From positions 6,944,001-7,008,000 of the forward strand of contig JAYWIR010000002.1 of the NCBI GenBank assembly GCA_036172245.1: a stretch of 64,000 nt of DNA. Reading direction: 5' to 3'. The position numbers and the translations under genes were made by a program. Positions 11,101 through 23,699 of the stretch are shown piece by piece; within the stretch, counting starts at the first letter, position 1; each line of letters begins with the position of its first letter. Source of the stretch: Raillietiella orientalis (lineage: Eukaryota). The notes under the pieces are model-generated. The model worked only from the letters and a program-made list of their open reading frames with translations. It searched no databases and had not been told where the DNA came from.

Positions 11101-13864
11101 CCTCCATCCGGGTACGACTCACTCGAGATAAACTTTTATCAACTCGGGATGGGAGGCGCACGTCGAAAACAGCCCAAAGAACTCGGGCCCGCTGCACCGA
11201 AAGTCCACCGAGGACCGTCACGTACGGAGGGAAGCCACGGCGACGGATCGGCGACGCCGTGCCGCGCCCGCTGGTTTTTTTCCCGCAGGTGCATTCCAGT
11301 TCTTCTGCAACTTCATCCCCCCCTCCCCTAATGTGGTTAGTCATCACGCAGGAGGAAGAAGAACAGCAGAAGTCCGACTCCCATTTCGCTCCGTTCCATT
11401 TGGACCCCAGCATTTCGAGAGACGGCCTTCTTGCATGCTTTCCGCGTGCCGGGTATTCCGGACGCTCAGCCTCCGAACAGAATCTTAGCAGATGCGAAAG
11501 GGATCCCAACTAATTAGAAGGTTGGATCGTCGCTCGTAAATTCGGAAAGAATGGGTGTACGCATCGAGGATCGGAGCGAAAGAGTGAACAGTGGATGGGG
11601 GGCTGTGCGCACATCGGGGACCACGGAGAGGGAGCGAAGAGTCGAATCCCCCCTTGCGTCCGACTCACCACCACCACCACCGCCTTTAGGTCCGAGCGGA
11701 AAGAAGGGGGCAATCCTTCCGCTTGTCTTTGTTTGCTGTGGTTGCTGTTCGCATGCGCTGCCACGAAATTCATTCGTGCGAGGTCAATAACTGCGGGGCT
11801 GCGACGCGCGCGAGCCCGCTAAAAACAGAGACGAGTCCTTCCGGTGTTTTCTCCCCGTTCAGATGGGGAGCAGTCGTTTGGCAGCTCTTCGGCGGTTTGA
11901 AGGCTTCGTGTTTCCAAGGTAGTAAGGATGATGGGGATAAGTCATCAACCGGTACTAAAAAGAGCTGCATGGGACCCGTCCTCATTGATCCCCAGAACGG
12001 ACGAGCTGGCGTCGAATACCTCCCGAGTGTTCGCAGGCGTGCGATCGATCGAGGCGCGCAAGATAACGACGTACCTTTTATTATCTTTGTATAAAAAGAC
12101 TGTACGTATCTCGTACTTATTGTATTTCGCGTTATCACAGCTTGTAACCAGCGTGCGTGCGTTTTGCGCAGAAGCTTCCTCGCGGTTTCCACGTATCTCC
12201 CTCCCTCCCCCCCCCCGGTGCACTGGCACGCCTGCGACGCACGGGGTGTCTTCCCTGGTGTGTGTGTGTGGGGGGGGGGGGACCGCGTGCTTGCCGAGAC
12301 CCGTTTTCGCGCGGACCGCTTCGGATCGGCGTGCACGACGAACACGGCGTGTAGCGTAGCGATTTTTCCATCGCTGCGGCGTGAGTGCATTACGGGAACG
12401 CATCTCATGCGGCTGGACCCCTTTCTTCGAACGTCTTCATTCTGTTTCTCTCTTTTCCTCGTGGACGGTCGCCGCGCAGCTGCTGCGCGGAGGTGCTCCG
12501 TTCCGTATTATGGGAAGCAGGATCAGGAGGAAGTCACGCTGACACGCGCGCGCGCGCGCGGAAGGAGCAAACAAACAAGAAAGAAAAATTCCTCGGCGTC
12601 CTCTTCTTCAGAATGCTGCCACGGATGACTTCTCTGGCTATGCTGATGGCCAGGGTTGTTGTCTTTGAAATTGGATGGCCGAGCTGGATTTCGAGGTGGA
12701 GGAGCCGCCTGTAAATAACAAAATTCATAAAATTCTGTTTGGACGACCAGATCAACAACAACAAAAAAAAAAAAAAAAAAAATTGCCATTCATTTGCCAT
12801 TAAAAGCTTTCTGCCCATCCTACTTTAATGGTTGTTTCCAGGGGATCCTTCCAGCGAGGAATTTACGTCCCGGATTAAAGTGGCTTTCCTCATTGCATTC
12901 AAATTACGCGATTGAAAATAAAATTTTAATGGCGCAGAGCCGTGGCGCATTATGAAAGGTAAACCGTTCGTTACGTATTGATTACGCGGTTCCCAAGTTC
13001 GTCTTTCGGGAGCCGGAACACTGTTGCAGCGGGTTAATCGAGGGATGGATGCTGAACGCTCTCCGGGAAACCGTTCCCATGAAATTTCCAAGAGGGATGA
13101 AATATGAGAACGCTGGGATCCATTGCCCTAATGATAGGAACTTTCAACATGAGTCGCATCGAATGCAACATTGTCATCACCTGGATCACCTGATTCACTT
13201 CCGCCGGCCCTACGAGATGCTCGCGTGTGTGTTTACGGGGACCCCGGCCCACCACCAACCCCGAGCACTGCGACGAAAATCAGTGCGCTTCATCTGGGAG
13301 TCGGTTCGCGCCTGGTTCCCATAAATTCCCCCCCTCCCATCCTCGCTCTGCCACGCGGCGTCTTCTCCCGCAAGCGTGGCCCACATTCGAAAATTCGATT
13401 CAATCGAACGTCCCCTCGCAAGAGCGGCCGCGCCAGCGAGCTTATCGTCCGGATGGCCACAACAGCTTTCAACTTTACTGATCATAAAAATCCCCCCCTC
13501 CCCACGACTTCCCCCCCTGTTACCCTGGAAACGCGAGGCAAACACAGTCGTAAACGTGCCGGCACAAAGCGACGGGGATTTTTTTTTTTTTTTTCTATCC
13601 GTTGGATCCATCAGAGTGCGGGTGAACTTTCGGCGAGGAGGGGAAGATCCGTCCTTCCTCCCTGTTAGTTGCTGCAACGGCCGTCTCTTTGTCTGGGAGT
13701 TCAGCTCCTCGCGGGCTCGGTGCGGCAGCGGGCCACGAGCAAACTGGAACGGGAGGGGAGGGGGGTTAAGAAAGATGGGGATCCGTCGCGCGCGCTTCCA
13801 GGTTGCTCCCTCTCCGGGCGAGGCGTCTCCTCCGAAGGCACTCGGCCTGCCCTGCGCTTGGGGG

Positions 13865-14264
13865 GGCCGCTGGCAACGGGGTGCACCTTTGTCTTCCCTT
13901 TGCCGGAAGGTCGCTGTCTCAGAAGCCGCGCTCCTTCGTGGACCTTCGACCGGGCTTCGATGTGCTGGTGGTGGTGGGCCTCGCCTGACCAGAGCGAGAG
14001 CAGAGGAGAGCCGTGGTACCGGCCCGCGGCTATCCTGACGCCCGAACGGGCTGTGAAGAGCTGCGTGCGGGGCCGGGAGGCCAGAAGACTCGTTGCCATG
14101 GTTCCTCCGGCCCTTCGAAGCTTCGCTCGGTGTAGCGGGAGCTGCTTCGCCCGGGGGAGTTCACGTATTAGGGAGGTCCTGGGGCCGAAACGGTCTTGGC
14201 CTAGTCTCAAACCCTTCGTGGTTTCTGTCGGACCCGCGAGAGCTCCTGGCAGGCCCACTTGGCC
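13865..14264 (-). repeat. Family C dispersed repeat, copy 2
   Basis: Colinear with 7631-8018; both encode GLRLGQDRFGPR..RAKLRRAGGTMAT on the minus strand. Confidence 0.9.
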
Positions 14265-14499
14265 GCGGATGGATCACGCGTTGGACTGCGGCGGCGCTCA
14301 TTGCATCCTGCGAGAGGTGTGCCGGTGCCATGGAGAGCAAGATGGTAGCCACGAAAATCGGAATCGGTTAAGGAGTGTCGGCAGCGGCTCTCCTGCCCCA
14401 CGGGGGATGGGTGGCTCTCGATCCCCACGGAGCCATACCCAACCGCCGCGCCAGGGCCGCTCCTGTCTCCCGGCGGCGCGCCGTCGTCGTCGTCGTCGG

Positions 14500-15000
14500 A
14501 GGAGGAGGACGGCAGGCTCGCTCGGGAGGTCCCGGTGAGAGGGAGTGGGGCGCCGCTGGGAAGTTGGGGCTCAGATCTTCCGCAGTAACAGCCGCCAGCG
14601 CAGGTCTGAGTGGCACCAGCAGCTGCTTTAATGTGATGCTGGAGGTCTGGAGCGGAGAAGCGGTGCATGCAAGCAGCCTCTGGTTGCGATCCCGTTTGAC
14701 CCCAACCCCCTAGAAACGCCAGCCAATGCTGGAAATCAGAGCGCTTGGGGTCTACTTGCCCGACTTTCGAGGGCCGCTCTCCTTGTTCTGCTGTCGCACG
14801 TTCACGCACCCCGAGGTGGGTGACCACGCAGTCGACGCTTCTGTGACCCACCTTCCGTCAAACAGGTCGATGGAGCCGCTCGGCAATGCTGGAGTGCTCG
14901 CTTGGGAACGGACCCTTTCTGCTCGGAAAGATTTCGTTCTGAGTTGTTCAAACCAGGATGTCCGTTTCGACGGTCGCGGTCCTTTTAGCGCAGCTTCCCT
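14500..15000 (-). mobile_element. Decayed Tx1-like ORF1 remnant
   Basis: LGGWGQ..DLQHHIK..GCYCGRSEPQLP resembles the D..G.W.G..H.P..Y.GQP..C pattern of Tx1 ORF1. Confidence 0.35.
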
Positions 15001-15407
15001 CTCCTCCTCTGTCTGCGCAGCGTCCGCGTCTTCCGGGGGAAGCGTTGCCGGTCCTGCTCCCTCTCGGCTTGCAGAGGCTCCCCCCTCCCCCCTCTCCCTC
15101 GAGGACTGCGGGACTCGAATGACCCGGACGTGTTGTGACGCGAAAGAACACGTGCCGACGAGCCTACCAGGCGCTCTGTCGCTTTCGAACAGGATCGGTG
15201 GATCGGCCCGTTTCCTCCGGATTCCACAGGCTGCTCCCGGACCGCGCGTGGCAACTGGGAGATTGGCGCACATCGCTCCTGAAGGCGTCCCCTCCCACCC
15301 ATCCCTATTTAAAAAAAAAAAAAATTCTCAAATGCCCCCTCCCCTGCGCTTTCCAACCACGACGAAGCGAAAGTGGAGCGGCGGCGTCTCCTCGCAGCAG
15401 CCAGTCC

Positions 15408-15427
15408 CACGTGACTCGTGACGTCAC
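15408..15427. promoter_or_regulatory. Adjacent E-box (CACGTGAC) and CRE palindrome (GTGACGTCAC)
   Basis: cacgtgactcgtgacgtcac read directly; function not shown. Confidence 0.25.
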
Positions 15428-17599
15428 TTGCCATCTCCGCTCGACGGAGGCCGCTTTTTTGATTCGCCGCCGTCGTTCCCTTGGCCGGCGCTGCGAACCC
15501 GAGGTTTCCAGAGGGCTGGGTGCGCGCACCTCGTCCCTTCTGAATATGGCGCTACCGGCACCCCTTCGACCCTACCAGTCGGTTGCGCTCGGCTCCTCAC
15601 GGAGTCACGTGGCTGCGAAAGGGCTCCCTCCCGTCCCGGAGGGGTAGGAAAGGAGGGGCGCGTAGATGCACTCGCGCGCCTAGCCCAAAGGTGCACGGGC
15701 AGGCACGTGCACCGGATGCCGGCGCTTCTCCGTCTCCCCCCGTCCCCTTTCGAACCGCCGGGAACGGCCCGCGCCCTTGCGCGCAGCCGGAAGGGCGAAC
15801 CGTCACCCACATGTGCCACACCGGGGCGAAAGGAAAGGGGAGGAGCATGCGTCTCCTCGCGCGCGCCACGCTGCGTGAGACGAAGCGGCGCCTTGGGGAT
15901 CGACGGACGGGAAGGCGCCGGCGTGGGGAGTCGCACGGTAAATCGGCCACCAAGCCTAATCCCGTCCGGAGGCCGGCGGGAAGACGGTAGCCGACTCGCC
16001 GGCAGCGGTTCCCGAAACCAGGAGACCCTGATCCCATTCCATCGATTTCTTCCTTCCCACTCCCTCGATCTTTCTCCCCCCCCCCTTCTCCTTCCTTCCC
16101 CGCGTGACCACGATCAGCCGCGGCCCCCTGCTGCTTCGCTGACCACCGTGGCCCGCACGTGGCACGGCGCAACCAACACGGACAGGGAGGCAGGCCTGAA
16201 GAGGTGGAGGATGTCGCTCTCGACGCGCTTCGGGGATCGCGGACGGGCATTCGCAGAGCCTCCCGGGATGCTCCTCTTCCACCCCCACCACTGCACCATC
16301 CCAGATGCGCCCGGCCCCGGGTCGGCTGAGGCGTTCCCCGCGGACTCGTGGTGGTACCCTTCCTCCTTTCCAGAAAGACCCGGAGCACCTGCGGCGAGAT
16401 GGCGTCGGCTAGCACCGAACAGGAGCGAAGGAGGAGGCACCCGTCGCGAAGCCCCGGGCTTGGAGGATTTTCCCGGGCACTCCTGCAAGAGCCGACCCAC
16501 CAAGCCCGGCGTCGACATGGCGACCCGGCCATCGCATGCTCGGCCGCCTCCTTCATCCGGAGGCGCCAATATCGCACCCCTGCTCGGAACCAACCGGTGG
16601 CGCCAACCGCTCGCCGGGCCGGCAATATTCGAGGGCGTCCGCGCAGCGCGGGACCGCTTCCCAAGCGGAGCAGCTCGGACGCCACAGAAGACAGAAGGGT
16701 CGCCTCCCTAGCGCCCGGGAAGGGTCAAACGTGCGGTGGACTCTGCTGGCGTGCGCCCTGCTGCCCCCAGGGTGCTCCGAGGACGCACGTCCCTGGCAGG
16801 CGCCGCGTGGCTCGCGAGGGCGGGCCACAGCAAAGGAAGGGGCGCCATCTTTCGAGCCTCCAGAGAGGGGGGGCACCAGTCCGGAGGTGTCGGTCCGGCG
16901 CGGCGTCGCTTCGGCGCTCCGTCACCTCCCTTCTTTTTTCTTGCTCTTTTCTTCCTGTGCTCCCGTGAACCTGGTCCCGCGCGCCCCTTACGCGGCTGTG
17001 AACCGCCGTCGGTTCCCAGGTTTGTGCATGCGCGTAACGAGCGGGTGATGGATGGTGGTACCGACCGTCCAGAGATGCTGCACTTATCGTCTGAGCACGG
17101 TTTCCCCCGCCGGAGGGCAGGCACTCTTTGACTCTGCAGAAGCATCTCCCTGCTCTTCGTGGTGCTGAAAGAGGCGTCCCGTGGTCCCGCGAAACGCTCT
17201 CGGGAATAGATCAGTATCGCTTCCATCTCATTGACTCGGACTTTTCCCCAAGAGCAGGATGAAGTTGCTGCCGGAGGCTGTTGGTCTCCTCCGGCGGCAA
17301 CGTTTCCGTTGCCAAGCCTTCCTGTTCGTTGGGTGGACAAGGCGGGCAAGGTCAAAGCGGCGCAACAGTCGGACAGAGCGGGTGGTGCAAACCGCACCCT
17401 CTCCTGTGAAGGGCGCGAATCCCATAGAGAGGGCGCTGAGGGAGACACCAGCGAGCGCCTCACTTTGTCGCCATGGATGGGATCAACGACGCTTTCGCCC
17501 GCATCCGATCGGTGGACGACAAGGTCAGACCTGAAGGTAGGAAAGGGGGAGCAAACAGGTCTCTCGACGGAACTTTGGATTTCAGAGAGCCCCCAGGGG

Positions 17600-19000
17600 C
17601 TTGGCCTTGACCGGCGAGATGATGGCACGCGTCCAACGAAGGAAGACAATGAAAATGATCCAGAAAAGGGACTCGAGGAAGATGGCGCACGCGGCTCGCC
17701 TCCCCGACTGCAGAAGGTTTCCTGTCGCGCAAGAGTGCGGCATTCCGCATGTAGGAGACCCAGACCCTCCTCTTTCTGGGATGAGAAATCCAGGGTTCTC
17801 TCCGGAGTCGTGGGGAGTTGCCAGCGCCGACCGGTCCTCTCCCAGCAGACCAGTCGTCGTTGGACCGAAGAGAGAGCCCCTTCCCTGTTTCCCTACCCTT
17901 CAGCCAATCAACGGCCGCTAAAGGGACCGGAGACAGCTCTTCTTTCCAGCTCCGAAGGTTTTCCTCAGGGAGAAGATGACCTTTCTGGTCCGCGAGGCCC
18001 TGGAGAGGCTGCTTCGCTGGACCCGAGAAAAGCAAGGGTGGGAGATGGAGGGATTCTCGTGATCGTTCGCTTCCCTCCGACAGCAGGCGCTTCCGAGCCA
18101 AACCGCCAGAGGGCTACAGCGCATGCGAGAGGAAGGGCACTAGAGAGAGACAGCTAGGGCAGACCCTGCGGCGCGGGGTCGCTTCCAGCCAGTCTCCGCA
18201 GTGCGCTATGCCCTCACTTGTGTGCTCTGCAGCGAAGGATGGCCTCTCAGAAAGAGCAGGGGAAGACCGGTTTCTTCGAAGGCGAGTCATGCAGATGGGC
18301 GGAGCCGCCTCGAACCCAGGAGAACGCCTCGGGCGTCGGGTTTTGTCGCGATGGTGCTCTCAGGCCACTCTCACATCTACCCCTTTGCTTAAGACGACAG
18401 CAAGTCGTGCTGCCCCTTCGGGGGATAGGGGAAGGGAAGAGGGGGACAAGTGGGCGAGGGAGTCCTTTAAGAGACTAAGAAGTGGCCTGAGGCGACACCG
18501 AGCATTAGCTCTGTTCGCACCAGCTGGAGTTCAGGAAGGCAGGATTGACCGGGACGTTGAGGGGTAGAAGGCAAGGAGGGGCCAAAAGGAACGCTTTCGG
18601 ACCCTTGGGACTCTCCTCTGGACTTTCCGCCCCGGTTCGGATGAGAGATCTGGAGCAGACTCTCCGGCGGGCTGCCTGGAGCTCAAGAGGAGTGGGCATC
18701 AATCGGCCAGCTGCCGAAGCCGTGAGATAGCCGCCGCGTTGGGCTAGTCCGCACTTTGAGGATCGAAGAGGAACCCCATTGAGTCCCAGATACAAATCTA
18801 CACGTCCCTCCTTCCCCGGAGGAACGATCTTTTCGGCCTCGGCTCTGGAAAATCTTGGCGCTGACCTCGGAAGCGGCCGTAATTCGTCTCGGCAGAGTCA
18901 GGAAGCTGCAGTTCCCGGAAGGTTCGGCGAGCCGGGCAAGGAAAGAGGTGGGATGGGACCGCCTTCCAGAGCGGAGGATGCGCGCGCGGGCTCTTCTCCC
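17600..19000 (+). mobile_element. Decayed Tx1-like ORF2 endonuclease region
   Basis: FPVAQECGIPH matches the FLQECGIP motif typical of Tx1 endonucleases; frameshifted thereafter. Confidence 0.45.
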
Positions 19001-20339
19001 GGGACGGGGATGTTCACCACGAAGACCACCTCCTTCCAACATTCGAGCGACGCGCGTGAGGGTCCGCTGCCCGCTGCCCGATGATCGAGCCTTCTGCTCT
19101 CCTCTCGAGTTCTTCTCCGAAGATACTCCACTCGACTCGGTCCCGGGGGGAAGGGGGGGGGGAGAAGGGATTCCTCCTGGTCTCGGAACCGAGGTCGACT
19201 GGGTGAGACGAGGTCTCCGTCTTTCTCGACCGCATGCTCCCCGTTCCGTGGTTGCCGTTGGGATTCTAGTGGTGGACACTTCTGTCCCGGACACTTTTCC
19301 TTTGTATGCAGGAGAGAACGCCCCCGCGCTCGCCTCCGGGTCCCGGTTCGGAGAGCGGAGAAACTTCTTTCCTCTGAAGAGGAAGAAGGGAAGAGGAAAA
19401 TTGGAGAGAGGGAGGAAAAGACGCCCTCCGATTCCTTCGGGCTTCCTTCCGCATCTTCCGCGTCCCTGAGGTCGAAGGTCACGCACGCCGCTCGTGTCCT
19501 CTGACGCTTTCGTTCCTTCATACCACCGCAGTCGGCCTGGTTACGATCCCCTCCTCCGTCCCAGTCCTTCCCTCGGGGGGCTCCCTTCGCATTCCAAGGA
19601 GGAAAGGAACTACCTGCGGGCTGTGGACAGGAACGCGTCCTGTGGGTGGCTGCGTTCGCGACGCTTCCGGGATCCCGCAAGTCCGTTCCGTGGCACTTCC
19701 TTTTCGGATGCGGATCTCGTATCCGGAGGCTCTACCTCTTGCACTTCTCCTCCTTTCCTCGGGAGCTGAAACACCTGTCTCATCCGGCACTCGAGGGAAG
19801 AAAAAAAGTTGCGAGGATCGACAGGAAGCCATCAGAGATGAGGGGGAGTGGGTCGCCACCTTGCGGCGATGGGTGTCAGCGGAAATCAGAATTAACCCCT
19901 TCTGTTCCAAAGTCCCCTAGACGAGGGCGCTCCAGGAGCTCGCTCCCGACGGCGACAGTCGGTTCCCGTAAGCGAGAGCGAACGTCGTCTCCCCTGCAAC
20001 CTAAAGTCGAGGATTTGCCTCGGGGCTCGTCGAACTCGCAGTGCCCATCATCGGACTAGACTCCGCCAGCGTCCTCTCTCCCGCAAGCCCGGGGTCGCTG
20101 CGATGTCCCACCACGGAGTGCTCACGGAAGGGGTCGGAAGTCCTCTGCGTCCTCCTGCGCTGCTGCTGAGCAGTGCCCTCTTTGCAGCTCTTCCCGTCTC
20201 TGCCTCTGCCTTTGGAAGATGCTGTGCTCCCAAATGTGGAAAAAGGGAAAAACGAAAAAGGGAAGCTGGAAGGAAAGAGGCTCGTGCTAGCGAACAAACC
20301 AACCTCCTCTCTTGAAGCGAATGCATGCAAGAATCACCC

Positions 20340-20558
20340 AACCGAAAATAAGGCGCCAGGGATGCGTTGGCCACATCTTAGCCCGCCTACCCAGTAGGAG
20401 GTACTGAGATGACCGACCGGTCGATAGAAGGATAGCGCCGCCTGTGGTCGACGGAAGAAGTCTCTGGGAAAGTCAATGCTTAGGCTGAGCAGAGGGGTTC
20501 CGAACCCACTGCCTCGTGTTCAGTTACTGCAGATCCCGGCCACTGCGCCGTCCCGCCA
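20340..20558 (-). mobile_element. tRNA-derived SINE remnant
   Basis: Minus strand reads ggcgcagtggccgg (A-box-like) ..gggttcggaaccc (B-box-like) at tRNA spacing, followed by a body gtcgacc..atcc..ggtcggtcatctcagtacc. Confidence 0.45.
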
Positions 20559-22499
20559 AACTTTGTTGTTAGTCAGTGGCGCTGCCTATGGATCAGAGGG
20601 AGTGTGCAAAAAAAGGGGGCGCTCTATACGGTAATGTGATCTGGGAGGAGGACAGACGGATCAGGAATCGAAAAAGGGCGAGAACCCCGGAAAGATCGTA
20701 TCCAACCTACTGTGGTTCCCGTGCTCAATTAGGTGGCGCATCATTGCATCTTGCAGCTTTGGGCATAGCTCTGCAGTCGTACAGCTGTCTCGACACACAG
20801 CGGCCTCATCACAACGGCATCCTACATCACAACGGCGAAACACCTGACGGCGTAAGGACAGAAACAATCCTGCAGAATGATGGTTGTTGGAACGTGCAGA
20901 AAGCATGCGTAGAATCTACGGCCATCTTCGACTGATGTCTCAGTATACATCTAATGTGCACTAATCTAGTGTTTCCTTATATAAAGGTGCTGTAAGACCC
21001 CTCATACGGGATCCTTCTGCACAAGAAAGGGGAGGATGTAAAGGGACAAGATGGTTTGATTTGATAAAAAACGGACGAATTGGGCACGCAAGAAGCCTTC
21101 AGGATTGGGAGAGGGTTGCCCGTGGAAGTCGATTCGATCGGGCCTCGGCTCACGAAAACTGGAAGTTCTTGAGTGGCTCCTCTTCCTGCCATCCCGATCG
21201 GCTGCTCCTTCTCCAAAATGAGGACCTTTGAGCCCTGAAAGGGAAGCGTTTACTTTCACCAAAGAAGTCATCTCCAGCAGAAGGAGAAGGGACGTCGTCG
21301 CATTCCCTCTTCTATCCTCCCATGGTGTCAGAATTTTGGTGTCACGAGGGCTGGAGTCAAGGAGACGCTAGGCAAACGGAAGCGAGCGAAAGAGGTTCGC
21401 GCGTGGAAAGCGAAAGACCGGGACTGATTGCGCCGAGCTTTGCCCTCAGACTTTTTCGCAGTTGACCTTTGTGCCTAAGAACTTTCTCATCCTGAGGGTG
21501 TTCCAGGGCCGTTCGTCTGAAAGGAGCAAATAAAAAAAAATGAAGATGCGTCAACGAAGGCGAGCCATCTGTCTACAAGAAACGAAAGCGTTCGAATCTC
21601 AACGGGGTCACAACGAAGGGGAGGGTGGAAGGGAGAGACGAAAGGCCAATAAAATAAGTAGCGCGTAAATAAGTAGGGCCTGGATGGAGAACAGACCTCT
21701 TACAGTGCTGATCATGGGGTTCCATAGGGCCTTCAATGGGAAGGGGGGAAGCAATGGGGCTCCGACACCGACTACGACTCGGTCCCGTCAACAGTGGCCC
21801 TGAGGCGCGCTTTTTTTTTTTTTTTTGCCCACTCCCGGTTTCGTCCTGTCTTCGCACCTTTATTTTCATCTCTTTGCTCTGAAGATGGTAATGCAAATGG
21901 CTCCACGACATGGACGGCCGTGTTTTTATTCCATTTTGGTGACCACCGTGGCTCTCACGTGGAAGAGGATAACTAGAGAGGAGAAGACTAGCAACACCAA
22001 AGACACTGGCGTTCCCTTGAGCAGGTCTTTTGGGGGTCATAATCGGTCATTTGGGTGTATTCAGATGGGAACCTGCCTGAAGAGGCACGGTGACGCTCCA
22101 CTTTTCCAGGGACGTCACAGTGCATCAGTGAGATGGCGGCGTGCCGGTAGAGAAGAAGAGGAAGAGCGGAGGCACCCATCGCGAAACCACGGACTTCGAG
22201 GTTTTTCCTGGGGGACTTCCCTTTCACCTTTTCTGCAGCTGACCGGGGGGCCTGTGGGTGCGGCCTCGTCAATCACCGTCCTGTGAGCCTGGTGACCTTC
22301 GCGGCACCGCGATTCACCACGCCACATCCGATGCTGCGGGAAAGTCCTCTCCTCTTCCCACTATTGCAAGAGGGGGGAGCATGGAACCTGGAATGACCTG
22401 CCTTCCCTAAGAGGCAAGCTCGTGCCTTCTAGGATCCCGCCGAGTTTCTTCAAGAGGCGGATGGCTATCCCCCAAGCGAATCCACGTGTTGAAAGACCA

Positions 22500-23620
22500 C
22501 GGAACGGGTCAATTCGAGATCGAAGGACGCAACATTACGGGCAGCCGGAGGCGAAGAACTTAGGATCCAACGTGTGTGTTTATTCTTTCCGTTAGAAAGG
22601 GAAGCCTCTATGCGTGGAATCGAAGAAGCAGTTTTGCAGCAGTGAGGACCCAACGTCTTTCACGCGCACTCCTCAAACGGAGGGACACGCAAGAGTTGCG
22701 AGTCTTCGTGGAGGTCTCCTCTCGAGCTTACACGAAAAGAGGGAAGCCAGCGTGCCCAGTATCCGGCGCGTCATTCCCGACTGCCACTCGGACGGAAGAC
22801 ACTGAAAACCAGAAATTTGTTCCCAAGGGATCACAGAAGCCGTGGAGGAAAATCATCTCGAATTTTCGTTCCATCAGTAGGGAACTCTCCCACCTGGTTG
22901 GTTGGTTCGTGCAGCAGGAGGAAGAGAGAAACAAGGCACATCCTGCAACCTTCAGTGAGGGGGGAGCCTCCAGGGTTTCCGGTGATCCTGCCGTCTGACC
23001 AGTCATTGACAGGATTCTGAAGCGCAGCGTAGAACCAGGTTTTCTTTGGGTTTCCCCTCGGATAGAACACACACACACGAGCTGTGTTGATGAATTGTGT
23101 TGAGCTGTGTTGAATCCGTGACTTTGAAACTAGAACCAAATAGGCTGCTGCCGTTGCGATTTATGGAGGAAGGGTCAGCATCATCATCGCTGCTTTTCTG
23201 AGAGTGTAGGAGCGGAACTTTCGGACCTGTGCCCACGCTGGCGGCATCCAGTGAGGGGCGGAAGACGTTGGAAGAAGCAGCAGCTCAAGCAAACCTTTCC
23301 TTACGCGGCTCCTTTTGCTTCTTCCCCCGAGCAAAGAGGGATATGGTCCAGAAACGGAGTGTTTCGAAGTTTCCCTGGACACTGCCAGAAGCGGGGCAAA
23401 AGCGGAGCCGATTTCCTCTTCGCACTCCTTGAAGTATGCCGGTCGGATTCCTCCATCCCCTTCCTCCGAAAGAGCAGGGAGCAAGAAATCCACGCGGAAG
23501 CAGCAATCGCTTCTTTCTCCAGGCTCTGGAGACGCATCTCCAGGAGAGAAAGAATTTTTGGGCTGGACGTGGTTATTTCTAAATGGACTAAATAAAGAAT
23601 GCTGTAGAAGGACAGGGAAT
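22500..23620 (+). mobile_element. Decayed L1/Tx1 endonuclease region
   Basis: KSGADFLF (cf. SRIDFLF) followed by AGRGYF*MD (cf. GRGYWKLN). Confidence 0.4.
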
Positions 23621-23699
23621 AGTGATCTGAAGAGTAATCTCGGCAGCGCCGAGTCAGAAGGTTGCTCGTAGCTTAGAAGGACAAGTCCTTTCGGAAAAA

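Noticed and set aside
15428..16711. 427-aa ORF with overlapping 362-aa antisense ORF
   Set aside because: Arg/Pro/Gly/Ala-rich, no recognisable domain; expected from stop-codon scarcity in GC-rich DNA
20576..21300. AT-richer block possibly derived from another LINE clade
   Set aside because: Only one weak motif (PTVVPVL); not enough to classify
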